Origin: Octopus bimaculoides
Taxonomy: Eukaryota
Assembly (NCBI RefSeq): GCF_001194135.2
Contig: NC_068989.1
Span: forward strand, 68,957,636 to 69,021,635
DNA: 64,000 nt
Direction of reading: 5' to 3'
Shown here one piece after another: positions 51,590 to 63,899 of the stretch. The stretch's first letter is position 1, and each line of letters begins with the position of its first letter. Made by a program: the position numbers and the translations under genes. The notes beneath the pieces were generated by a model. That model was not told where the DNA came from. It did not search any database and saw nothing but the letters and a program-made list of their open reading frames with translations.

Positions 51590-53123
51590 TGTTAACTATT
51601 TTTCACACTTTCAGGTCTTTCCTTTTTAAACATAATATCCCGCTCATTAATATTCTTGTCTCTGCGTCTGATGGAGCCCCTTCGATGATATGAAGATACA
51701 GGAGTTTTTCATCTCTGCTAAAGCGTGAAATTTCCCACTTGATACTAACTGCTTATTGTTTGACATACTGGCAGCATTTAGTGGCAAAAAATATGAACAG
51801 TAGATTGAATGATGCGCTTCAGTTAGTTATCAAGACTGTGAACAAATTGAAGTCCAGTCCCTTGTCTGATCGAATTTTCCGTCAACTCTGAGAAATGATG
51901 AGGACCATACTAAATTCTTATACCATACCGAAGTGCGGTGGCTGTCAAAAGGAAACTGTGTTTTACGCTTTGTTGAACTGTTTTACTGTTTATATAATAT
52001 CTTTTTCTTTGAAAATACTCCACTATCCGCTTCATTGGTGGCTGCAAGGAGCAATATCTTTTTTCTTTCTGATATATTCACAAAATAAAAATTATTTGAA
52101 TAAATTATTGCAAAGAAACAGAAAAACTCTCATTGATTGTAAATAATTTATCACTACCTTCATTTCGAAATTGGTGTTGTTTAAGACTAACAATTCAAAA
52201 CGTCAATTCCATCAATTTCCACAACTTGATTCTTTGAAAGTTGAATTGATTGATGAGTATTTAACTACATATCGTAACTATTTACAATTACTGCACGATA
52301 ACATGGTGGAGTGATTTCAAGATGTTGCTGCGCTGAATATTCCAAATTGGTATAGCAATCCGTTTGGGGTTGATGCAGTCATTGCGAGGATGATGTTCAG
52401 GAGGAATTGATAGAATTACAAATTGACAATGACGCCACAATGCGATATCATCGTAATGGCAAAGAAGGTTTGTGATACCATCAGAGTATACTGAATTCCT
52501 ACCCCAATCTGTGGTAACATCTGAAATTACTTTTGCTTGCCTTCCCCACTTCATACCTGGTTAAACCTGGTTTTAACCATGTTGGAACTTTATTTTCCCA
52601 TAAAAGAATTAGACTGGATGTAATACAACGAGGAGACTTGCGGCTAAAGTTGACAAGTTTGAAACCGAATGTATCTGCACTAGCTGCATTGCACCAGACA
52701 CATGGTTCTCATTAAAAAGTTTTATTCTTTTCCTTTATAATACAATCATTAATTATTTTTGCATCGGTAATTCTAATCAATGGTTCATTTGGGGAAAATG
52801 AATATCAGTGTAAAAGAAAGCGCAAGTTTCCAGAAGCTAATCTGTCTGCATAATATAGAGTTAACGCTAGAATTTTATTTACACTAATGGCAAAACTAAA
52901 CCCACAATAAAGGATTTGTAAACACCTGAATATTTAGTCCAAATGGCACCAACAGGGCAACGATATAGTGTGTGTGTCAAATGATACAGGGGGGCTGCTA
53001 GGGGATTTTGTGTTTGTGGGGGGTTGTGTCAGGGTTTTTTTTTACACAGGTGGGCGATGGAGCATTTCTTGACCGATAGGTGGGCGCTATTGCAATTTGG
53101 TGCGAAAAGTTTGTGAAACACTG
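51590..53123 (+). mobile_element. Decayed hAT (Buster/Charlie-like) transposon: transposase remnants and 3' TIR
   Basis: SDGAPSM, HLVAKNMN.RL..ALQ.VIK.VNK.K...L.DRIFRQL, ELIELQ, LLLAFPTSYLV...KRIRLDVIQRGDLRLKLT.L.PN....HQ.H.SH*; terminus tttgtgaaacactg (CAGTGTTTCACAAA on the minus strand). Confidence 0.85.
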
Positions 53124-53499
53124 ATATAGACTAACATATATTCAGGCCAACGAGAGGGTTTTTATGTTTTTATGCTAGAAGCAGTAACAGTTCGAGCGAC
53201 CAATCCTACATAAGTCAACTTTATCTTTCAGGCTCGATCAATAAAGTACCAGTTATGTACCAGAGTCGACTATTTTCTTTCTCTAGCTCCTTTCTGTCTG
53301 TCTCTTTCGTTCTGGAAGAATTCGACTGGGGTTCAGACATAGAGAGGAATGGGCTCCGACACATCTCAAAATGCTTAAAGCACCCCTTATATTATAACGG
53401 CACTCCCACAACTCTATGAGAGAGTTACAAGCCAATGCTATGAAATGGCAATTTTATGATACGGCTTGTTATTGAAGACAACGCTTCGTGCAAAATTCT

Positions 53500-53900
53500 G
53501 TTACGGTTGTAGTAATTTGAAGAGGTGACCAGACGTAACAGAGTAATTGTAATTAGCAAGACTGTTTGGATAAGGCTGTTCAGAAGGCTAGTAGAGAAAA
53601 GGTTGGATTTGCGAAAGGTTAAGAGTTTCATAACTGGTAACTGAAAGGATTAACACGAACCGTTATGAAGTTTATCATGACTACGACGAGTTGGAAATAA
53701 TGCATATCTAAGTTCTGTTAGAGAGTTTCTTGTTATAGTTGTAATAGGCTTACTATTAAGTTGCAGTGAAGGAGACAGTGAGATGAAAGCTCATACATGG
53801 TTTGCTATTGAAGCCAAGTTAGTTGTCTACCAAGAGTAGGGAAAAAGATAGAGGGAATAAGAAAGATTTTACCCCAGTGAAAGTTGCCGAGCAAAGAGAA
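53500..53900 (-). mobile_element. Possible L2-group LINE 3' relic
   Basis: Weak peptide resemblance (TRRSH, LLNSL) to L2 ORF2 C-termini; heavily decayed. Confidence 0.3.
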
Positions 53901-53937
53901 TGTTTTGCTACAGGTGTCTTATATTAATAACTGTGTT

Positions 53938-54157
53938 AAGGCGGCGAGCTGGCAGAATCGTTAGCACGCCGGGCTAAATGCTATGCGGTATCTCGTCTGT
54001 CTTTACGTTCTGAGTTCAAATTCCGCCGAGGTCAACTTTGCCTTTCATCCTTTCGGAGTCGATAAATTAAGCACTACGCAGTTGCGTACTGGGGTCGATC
54101 CAATCGACTGGCTCTCTCCCCAAAATTTCGGGCCTTGTGCCTAGAATAGAAAAGATT
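53938..54157 (+). mobile_element. SINE family A, complete young copy
   Basis: Full head (A/B boxes) through ggccttgtgcctagaatagaaaagatt. Confidence 0.93.
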
Positions 54158-55026
54158 AATAACTGTTAAAATTAGAACTCAATCAGAAACAATGGAATCG
54201 GATGAGGTATTTAAAAAAGAAAAAAAAAATTGATGCTGTATCACCTGAGACGGCAGCAACAATGAAAAGTAACATGCAGACCGAGATTTCGACTCCTGGT
54301 TGCGAATTCATAGTCCCTTTCACACAATTCCTTTTAATTTTCCAAGGAAAGCACAATAATTCGCCACAACAGTTCTATTTCAAATTCAAAACTATATCTA
54401 TTTTAAAAATATATATATTGAATGCCTATCCAGTTTCATCAACGATAGAGGAGACTAAACGTCTGCTTAGCAGGTCTCCAGATTGCTAATAACCTATTCA
54501 AAAATATTTTAACAATTTAATTAATGAGGTTAATTACTCGGAGACGTCTGATAATTAGTGATGTCTCTCTTTAGCATCTAGTTATAGATTATCTCAACAT
54601 CAACACACGAAATTTTAACTAAGATTAATTATTAACAGCAAGACGATCGTCAACCTGTTCATTCGTTTCTGTAATCAAGTTTATTACAATCTCGACTCTT
54701 CGACGCTTTTCCCGTTAATCCCGCCTCTTCTGTTTAAATCAACAAACTATTAATAACCTCTCTCTCTCTCTCCTTCTCTCTCTCCCGCCTTCTTTCCCTT
54801 TCTCACACACATACACACATGTATGAGCCTGTGCATATANNNNNNNNNNNNNNNNNNNNNNNNNNNNNNNNNNNNNNNNNNNNNNNNNNNNNNNNNNNNN
54901 NNNNNNNNNNNNNNNNNNNNNNNNNNNNNNNNNNNNNNNNNNNNNNNNNNNNNNNNNNNNNNNNNNNNNNNNNNNNNNNNNNNNNNNNNNNNNNNNNNNN
55001 NNNNNNNNNGTATGTAGATGTATATA

Positions 55027-55072
<46 letters not shown>

Positions 55073-56173
55073 ACACACACACACGCGCGCACGCACACAC
55101 ACGCACACACATATATATATATAACTGAACATTAAAAACACGCACAGATACACACACGCATACATACATACATCTCTTTTCTTCACAGACACACACACAC
55201 ACACACACACATATATATCGTTCTTATTTTCTTTATGACTCTCTTTTTCTCCCTTCCCCTGTCTCTTTCCTTCTCTCTCTCTCCTTCTACCCCCCCCCTC
55301 NNNNNNNNNNNNNNNNNNNNNNNNNNNNNNNNNNNNNNNNNNNNNNNNNNNNCCCCCCCCCCTCTCTTCTCTTCTCTTCTCACCACTCATTTACTCACTA
55401 ATATCTCTTCTACTCTCTCAGATCTATCTGCTAGCTTCTTTCTAAGCATCATGCAATAAACTGCGTCGCGAAACTTAATTTACTCTTTTAATGAATCTTG
55501 ACTTTTTTTTTCTCTGTTTTTCTTTTTTCTTCTTCTTCTTCTTTTAAACTATTTTAGTACTCTTTTATAGAACTGTGACTTTTCTATTCTGGTAACATAA
55601 TGCCTTCTTGTTATTGCATCATGAACTTCCTAAATATTTTGGTAAAACTTGACCTTCTTAACTATCCTGCAGATTAATAGATAAATAAATAAATAAATGA
55701 ATAAATAAATAAATAAATAAATAAATAAATCGATCAGTTATTCTTCGTAACCGATTGACCTTCATCCACGTGTAAAAGACAAAGAAAGGGAAAGAGAAAT
55801 TAAGGAGGAATTTCGAAGAACAGCTAGGGAGAGAAGAAAAACAGCGAAACAGACAGAAACAAAGCGGGGGAGAGAGGCTGTCTGTCTGTATGTCTGTATG
55901 TCTGTGTTATTTGTGAATATTTGTGTGTGTATAACTATATCTGTTAGCATGTTTGTATGTTTATGATTGTGTGTGTGTGTGTGTGTGTGTGGGTGTGTGG
56001 GTGTGTGTGTGCCGATATGTCTGTCAGCTGTGTGTGCATATATGTCTATATGTGTTTTCTATGTGCGTTCGCATATCTGTGTGTGTTATCTGTCGTGTTT
56101 GTGTGTGCGTATCTATTCTGTTATCTATGTGTGCGTTTGTGTTTCTATGTCCGTTACTTATGTGTACGTCTGT

Positions 56174-56220
<47 letters not shown>

Positions 56221-56282
56221 CTCTTTACTACCTACAAGAGGCTACACACAGAGGAGACAAACAAGGACAGACAAACGGATTA

Positions 56283-56445
56283 AGTCGATTATATCGACCC
56301 CAGTGCGTAACTGGTACTTATTTAATCGAACCCGAAAGGATGAAAGGCAAAGTCGACCTCGGCGGAATTTGAACTCAGAACGTAGCGGCAGACGAAATAC
56401 TGCTAAGCATTTCGCCCGGCGTGCTAACGTTTCTGCCAGCTCGCC
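56283..56445 (-). mobile_element. SINE family A, young copy
   Basis: Near-identical reverse complement of 53938-54110. Confidence 0.92.
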
Positions 56446-56604
56446 TCNNNNNNNNNNNNNNNNNNNNNNNNNNNNNNNNNNNNNNNNNNNNNNNNNNNNN
56501 NNNNNNNNNNNNNNNNNNNNNNNNNNNNNNNNNNNNNNNNNNNNNNNNNNNNNNNNNNNNNNNNNNNNNNNNNNNNNNNNNNNNNNNNNNNNNNNNNNNN
56601 NNNN

Positions 56605-56654
<50 letters not shown>

Positions 56655-57831
56655 TGTGTGTGTGTGTGCGTGTGTGTGCGCGCGCGCGTATGCTATCTGT
56701 GTGTATATGTATGTATATGTGGCTGTGTGGCTATGTTATCTGTATGTGTCTGATGGCTGTCTCTGTTATTTGTATGAATATATGTGTATATTTGTGTGTT
56801 ATCTGGGCGTGTATGTTTGTGTATATATATATATCTGTTATGTTTATGCATATGTATCTGTGTGTGAGTATGTCTATGTGTGTTATCAATGTGCGCGCGC
56901 ATATCTGTGCGTGACATCTGTTGTGTTTGCGCGTGTGTATTTATTCTGTTATCTACGTATGCGTTTGTGTTTCTATGACCGTTACTTGTGCGTGCGTGCG
57001 TGCGTGCATATGTGTATATTTTTGTGTTATCTGGGCGTGTATGTTTGTGTATATGTATATCTGTTATGTTTCTCTGTATGTATCTGTGTGTAACTATGAG
57101 TCGGCTCAAGTAAAAATTTTTTAAAAAAATAAATTTTTTTAACATAATACCCCCCCCCCACACACACACACACACATGTAGTATTGTTTCATCCCGGATT
57201 AATATGTTGTGTTCACTGAAATATGTAATCTAATAAGTAATTTGTAATGCAAAAAAAAAAAGAAAAAAACTGGAAAGAACAGTCACTGACGTGGCTAAAT
57301 ATTTCATATATGTCTATGTGTATGTGTGTGAGTATATGTATACATACGTAAGCATGTATGTATAAACATATATATGTTTGTGTGCATGTATGTATACATG
57401 CATAAAACTAAGTATGTATAAGCGTAAATGTGCGAGTGTTGTGTATGTGTATGTGTGTGTGAGCAAGCCGAAACTTCGAAGTCACTGTCAACTTTTCCCT
57501 TATAAAAATTTAATAAACATGTAGTCTACTAAAAATTCATTGAATAATACTTTGGTCTGCTGTTAAATTGTTTCCTTTTCCGTATATTATTTTATATAAA
57601 AACAAGCATTAAGTATCTAAAGGCCAAAATGGCCGAAATCTGGCATTCATCGCAAGGATGGATTTTCGTCTTCCTCTGATATATATTATCTGTTTTTTAA
57701 AACATAGTACGTGCACAAGAGATGTTATCTGAGGACAAATACTGCAGTGACTGGTCTATCAACAGTGTATATACATTAAGTATGATACAGTGATCGCTAT
57801 TTTAATTTCCTGAAGAGATATCTAAACAAAC

Positions 57832-57957
57832 AATAGAGGTTTCTCACTTCCAACTGTTGGATGACCGTTGACTCTATCAAGTTTACGTGAAGCGCCGATC
57901 ACGTGAACTTGATAGAATCAACGGCCATCCAACAGTTGGAAATGAGAAACCTCTATT
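57832..57957. repeat. 126-bp near-perfect palindrome (59-bp arms, 55/59 identity, 8-nt loop)
   Basis: aatagaggtttctcac...tttacgtga-agcgccga-tcacgtgaac...gagaaacctctatt. Confidence 0.92.
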
Positions 57958-58494
57958 CTTTGTCTCGAGCTAATCGACTTTTTTGTTTTCCACATGAAAC
58001 GGAAAATAAGGCTGGAGAAGAAATGCCTGTCGCAAAGTGTGTTTCTTAAAAGATGGAAGTCTGTAGCAAGTATGTTGCGAGTGAAAGAACCGATCTAAAC
58101 GAGAACCAATAAAAGGACAAAGCAAAGTCTTCAGTGTGAGTATGTGGTTTGTGGGGTCGACCCGGTCCTCCGTTTCATTTTTTGTAAATCACTCATTCTC
58201 ATTTAATTGTATATATTTTGATTGTTTGTTCATTCATACATTTCATCTCATTCGATCCCCTGACCCAATGTTTGTTTTGTCTGTCCTCCTATCGTCCCCT
58301 CTTTTTCTCAACCTCATGGTTAATAAAGAAATTGACTCTATCAAGTTTACATGCCCTTTGACAGAACTTTTCTTTTTTTCGTCTTGCAGGGTATCCAGCG
58401 AAAACCACCCTCCTTATCAAACAGGTTTGGTACGGTTGCCAGTTTAGTCGCCATCAGCCCGACCATGCAACAGTTTGTATTGGGTTACATGCTA

Positions 58495-60179
58495 CCAATA
58501 TTACAAACAGTGACCTGATTTACATACATACGTACATACATACAGACATAGACGCGTACATATCAAGTAAATTATTTAAGTCAATGACCTTTTCTCCAGT
58601 CCTTCGTTACCACTATGAACACAACCCCTACTACTACTAACACCACCACCAACAACAACAATAACAAACATATTAAAGCAACACAGTAACATCAACATCG
58701 TTGGAACAGTCAGATAATCTCTGTGAACTTGCTAGTTTAATTATAATGACAAATTAGTCGGCTTTAACGAACCCTATACATAAGATTATCCAGCTATGTT
58801 CACTGGAGCTTAAAATCTCTTCGCTTTAGTCTATTGTAATAACGTCTGTTTCCAAAGCACGTGTAGAATTTTCACTGTCATGGTCGGACTTTGTAGAAAG
58901 TAGTATAATGTACGAGAAATTTTTTATATGTATGTGTCTGTATATTCTTTTATTCTTTTATTTGTTTCAGTCATTTGACTGCGGCCATGCTGGAGCACCG
59001 CCTTGGGGGTGGGGGGTGGGGGGGTCTTAGTTGAACAAATCGACCCAAGGACTTATTTTTTAAAGCCTAGTACTTAATTCTATCCGTGTCTTTTGCCGAA
59101 CCGCTAAGATACTNNNNNNNNNNNNNNNNNNNNNNNNNNNNNNNNNNNNNNNNNNNNNNNNNNNNNNNNNNNNNNNNNNNNNNNNNNNNNNNNNNNNNNN
59201 NNNNNNNNNNNNNNNNNNNNNNNNNNNNNNNNNNNNNNNNNNNNNNNNNNNNNNNNNNNNNNNNNNNNNNNNNNNNNNNNNNNNNNNNNNNNNNNNNNNN
59301 NNNNNNNNNNNNNNNNNNNNNNNNNNNNNNNNNNNNNNNNNNNNNNNNNNNNNNNNNNNNNNNNNNNNNNNNNNNNNNNNNNNNNNNNNNNNNNNNNNNN
59401 NNNNNNNNNNNNNNNNNNNNNNNNNNNNNNNNNNNNNNNNNNNNNNNNNNNNNNNNNNNNNNNNNNNNNNNNNNNNNNNNNNNNNNNNNNNNNNNNNNNN
59501 NNNNNNNNNNNNNNNNNNNNNNNNNNNNNNNNNNNNNNNNNNNNNNNNNNNNNNNNNNNNNNNNNNNNNNNNNNNNNNNNNNNNNNNNNNNNNNNNNNGT
59601 ATATATATATATATATTTGCATATATGTATATATTCAGAGAGAGAGAGAAATAGAGAGCTGTATATATATAGATATATGAATGTATATATGTATGTAATT
59701 ATGTTTTTCTTAGAGTTTTATGCAAGTTCTTCGAATGTATGTATGTATGTATGTATGTATGGATGGATGGATGGATGGATGGATGGATGTGTGTGCGTGT
59801 ATATATATATATATGCATGTATATGTATGTATGTATGTATGTATGTACCTATTACTTTTAGAAAATAGACATTCCCAGTATAAGCTGGTCTATCACTAAT
59901 TTCAATCGTAATATTGAGGGAGACCTCAGTGGAGTACTCTTGCCGGGAAATTAACAGATTATCAACGGTCACTGAGATATGCAATCACCTTTGCATTCAT
60001 CCGCACGCTGGTGATGACATCACGTGTATCTTAAATTTCATTGCCAAGACCACGTCAGACTGTAATAGAACAATGTGTAGGTGAGATGTTAATGAAATGA
60101 AAAGAAGGAGGGGGTAGTCTATGAAGTATTTAAGTATTTAAAAGAATATACATACATACACACGTACATACATACGTAC

Positions 60180-60212
<33 letters not shown>

Positions 60213-60520
60213 TGTATGTATGTATGTATGTATGAAACATCTGCAACTTTACAACTAATTCCATATTTAGGGAGACCCAACTGATTTGTTCTTCTCGAAA
60301 GATTAATGAAATATTATCAATGGATAATATACCTTGAAATACATTTGGGTTTGTTCACATCTACACTGGCCGTGACATCACGTGTCCTGATGATTTCATT
60401 GTCAAGATCATTGCCGAAGATGCAAGTGATGGTGTGCAAGTGGGTTATTAATAGAATTAGGAGGTGGTCTGTGACGTATTTCGGTATTTAAGAGAAAATG
60501 CAATTACCATAGACGTACAA
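58495..60520 (+). repeat. Three-unit cassette copy B (X 58690-58890, T2 59845-60149, T1 60233-60508)
   Basis: Inverted homology to 44975-47030; the units are also mutually homologous around agattatc..tcactg and cacgtgt..tttcattg. Confidence 0.9.
58945..59112 (-). mobile_element. SINE family B, 3' part, inserted in cassette copy B
   Basis: cttttatttgtttcagtcatttgactgcggccatgctggagcaccgcc is the reverse complement of the family B 3' end. Confidence 0.85.
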
Positions 60521-60953
60521 GCACACCCGTATGTTCATTCATATATAGATATATCCATATATACATACATATATCATACATACATATGTACATACACACT
60601 TATAGATATTCTTAGAAAACGTGTAGAAATGCAGACATACGTCCATACATAAATGAGATTTGCAACTCGATTTCAAGTAATGCCAACGCTTGGTTGTTCT
60701 ATTACACAAGAGAAGCACTGATACGGCTGTTCAGTACTGCTAGGGACTTACACTATCTTGTACAGATGTGGCATTGATGGGCGACTTTTTCAGTAGGTGT
60801 TATTGTTTTACATACACACACATATATATATATATATATATACATAAAAACATATACATAAATATATATAGAGAGAGAGACTTAGAAATATTTATATATA
60901 TNNNNNNNNNNNNNNNNNNNNNNNNNNNNNNNNNNNNNNNNNNNNNNNNNNNN

Positions 60954-60992
<39 letters not shown>

Positions 60993-61419
60993 TTGGTGTG
61001 ACTTTAAACTGCAACCGATAGCGTGACACTTGTACGGGAGTTCCAAGGTTTTGAGGAGTGTGGAACCACCACTTAGCTATTATTGTTCCCAGATCTACTC
61101 TGACCTGGGAATAGCACTTGTTAGGGTTCCAGCTACGTGTTAATTAGCACGTGAACCACTAGCAGTGAAGGAACCCTAGCTATCGTTAGAATTTCCGTCT
61201 TGAGGAAGGTAACCTCGTATAAATAGAAAACCTGATGTGCAGTTGGTTTCTGCAGGTTTCAACTTCAGTTGTTCCTCTAAGTCTTATAGCTGATTGCGCT
61301 GAGAAGTGAGTTCGGCGTTGTGCAACACTTTATCCGCTGAAAACAAATTCACGCACAAGAACTTCTTGGACTCTCGGAACGTTAGCGCAGACTTACTGAG
61401 TTTAGGAAGTAGTCTTCTG

Positions 61420-61452
<33 letters not shown>

Positions 61453-61814
61453 CATGCATGCATCATACAGATACATGATTGTCGTTTTTATACAAGCAGC
61501 CATTTTGCTTTCTTTCAGTTACTGTTATTAATCCTTTTGATTTCAGCGTCGATGGAAACATACTATCATGTAACCATAGCAGAAAATTGACAAAATTGCT
61601 TATTTTCTTTTTCTTTTTCTGTTATCGACCAATCAGATCGCCTACTTTTGACACGTTTCTTTTTTCGATGAACAACTGAACAACTCCTAGAACCTATTTT
61701 TCTCGAATTTAAGGTACTGTTTTCTAAACATTCAGTCAAGTTTTAAAGGAATGCAATAGAATTCCACGCTTCACAAAACGCCGAACTCTCACAATTAACA
61801 CGCACGCAAATGCA

Positions 61815-61852
<38 letters not shown>

Positions 61853-61974
61853 TACATACATACATTCTCTCGTGCACCCATGTGCTTATATACACATTTG
61901 AACATAGAATGTAAAAAGCTGGAAGAAATACCAGCTCTCTAGATTCTCNNNNNNNNNNNNNNNNNNNNNNCGAA

Positions 61975-62119
61975 GCCATCAACCCCAGTACCTGACTGGT
62001 TCTTTATTTTATCAGCCCTCAAAGGGAGGATGTGCAAAGTTGGCATTTGAACTCAGGGGCTAAAGATCCGGTAGAAATGCCGTAATCCAATGTACTAACG
62101 ATTCTGCCAGCTGACTAGC

Positions 62120-62190
<71 letters not shown>

Positions 62191-62845
62191 TTTTTCTAAT
62201 TTTGGCACAAAGTCGGAAATTTGGAGAGAAGGTGGTAAGTCGATTACATCGACGCTAGTACTTGTCTCGTACTTAATTTTATTGACCCTGAAAGGATAAA
62301 AGACAAAGTTGATTTCGGCGTTATTTGAACTCAGACCGTAAAGGGTCGGAAGAAAGACCGCAAAACATATCGTCTGATGCACTAATGATTCTACCAGCTC
62401 ACCGCTTTGCTTCAAATTTGGGCACGAGGCCAGCAATTTTGTGGAGAGGCAGCAAGTTGATTACATTGACTCCCCACACCCTCTCCCACTCTCAGTAGTT
62501 GAGTGAGACTTATTTTATCGATTTCAAAAGAATGAAAGGCAAAGTCAACTTGCCAGAATTTGAAATCAGAACGTAACGAGCCAGGGAAAATGCTGCGAAG
62601 TATTTTGTCCGACATACAAATGATTCTTTCAGATCATCATTCTAACAATGAGAACAACTACAGTGACAATCGTAATGTCTTCTGAATTGAGCACAAGGCT
62701 GGAAATATGGAAGAAAAAAAAAGGTGAGTCAATGCCCTAAACTCCAGTTGACTTTAGCAGGTTTGAAATCAAAACGTCACGAGCCGGAACACATACTGCA
62801 AATAATTTATTTCGCAACATTGCAACGAATCTGCCAGCTCATTAA
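61975..62845 (-). mobile_element. Tandem array of about 4 head-to-tail SINE family A copies
   Basis: Repeated gaaaggc/gacaaagtt...atttgaa(c/a)tcagaac...ctgccagctc blocks, with an (AAT)n tail at 62119-62190. Confidence 0.8.
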
Positions 62846-62859
62846 TAATGCAACATAGT

Positions 62860-63085
62860 AATATTAGTGTTGCTGTAACAATCAGATAATCCCAGTGTAG
62901 TTACTAGCTTAATTATAACGGCAAATTAGTCGACTTTAACGAACCCTTTACATAAGATTATCCAGCTATGTTCACTGGAGCTTAAAATCTCTTCATTTTA
63001 ACCTCTCGTAAAAACGTCTGTTTTAGTAACACGTGTAGAATTTTCATGGTCAGACTTCGCAGAATTCACTAGAATATACGAGATT
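62860..63085 (+). repeat. Third copy of unit X (possible start of cassette copy C)
   Basis: ctttaacgaaccctttacataagattatccagctatgttcactggagcttaaaatctc is nearly identical to 58760-58820 and to the reverse complement of 46750-46810. Confidence 0.92.
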
Positions 63086-63091
63086 ATGTTT

Positions 63092-63137
<46 letters not shown>

Positions 63138-63175
63138 TGTATACATATGTATGTATGTAAATATGAATGCATAAA

Positions 63176-63212
<37 letters not shown>

Positions 63213-63851
63213 GCGTGTACACATATATACATACATACAAATTATAAAATCTGGTAATTAATCATATATTAATTAATATCGATTAATTATCAGGAGGCCA
63301 GCACATCTAAAGAATCAAAGAGATTCAGAAATAGTATCTGCAATCTCAGGGGATTAAGGTACATTTTTAAAAAATAACGTTGACCACTAACGTGNNNNNN
63401 NNNNNNNNNNNNNNNNNNNNNNNNNNNNNNNNNNNNNNNNNNNNNNNNNNNNNNNNNNNNNNNNNNNNNNNNNNNNNNNNNNNNNNNNNNNNNNNNNNNN
63501 NNNNNNNNNNNNNNNNNNNNNNNNNNNNNNNNNNNNNNNNNNNNNNNNNNNNNNNNNNNNNNNNNNNNNNNNNNNNNNNNNNNNNNNNNNNNNNNNNNNN
63601 NNNNNNNNNNNNNNNNNNNNNNNNNNNNNNNNNNNNNNNNNNNNNNNNNNNNNNNNNNNNNNNNNNNNNNNNNNNNNNNNNNNNNNNNNNNNNNNNNNNN
63701 NNNNNNNNNNNNNNNNNNNNNNNNNNNNNNNNNNNNNNNNNNNNNNNNNNNNNNNNNNNNNNNNNNNNNNNNNNNNNNNNNNNNNNNNNNNNNNNNNNNN
63801 NNNNNNNNNNNNNNNNNNNNNNNNNNNNNNNNNNNNNNNNNNNNNNNNNNN

Positions 63852-63899
<48 letters not shown>

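Noticed and set aside
60270-60450. Selenoprotein (in-frame CCT TGA in both T1 copies) or cadherin repeat (GDP..., VKIIAED)
   Set aside because: The other T1 copy has a TAG and a frameshift in the same frame, no SECIS was identified, and cadherin motifs (LDRE, DxNDN) are missing.
44975-63085. CRISPR array or regular satellite
   Set aside because: Eukaryotic context; the units are 200-290 bp, diverged, irregularly spaced and in both orientations.
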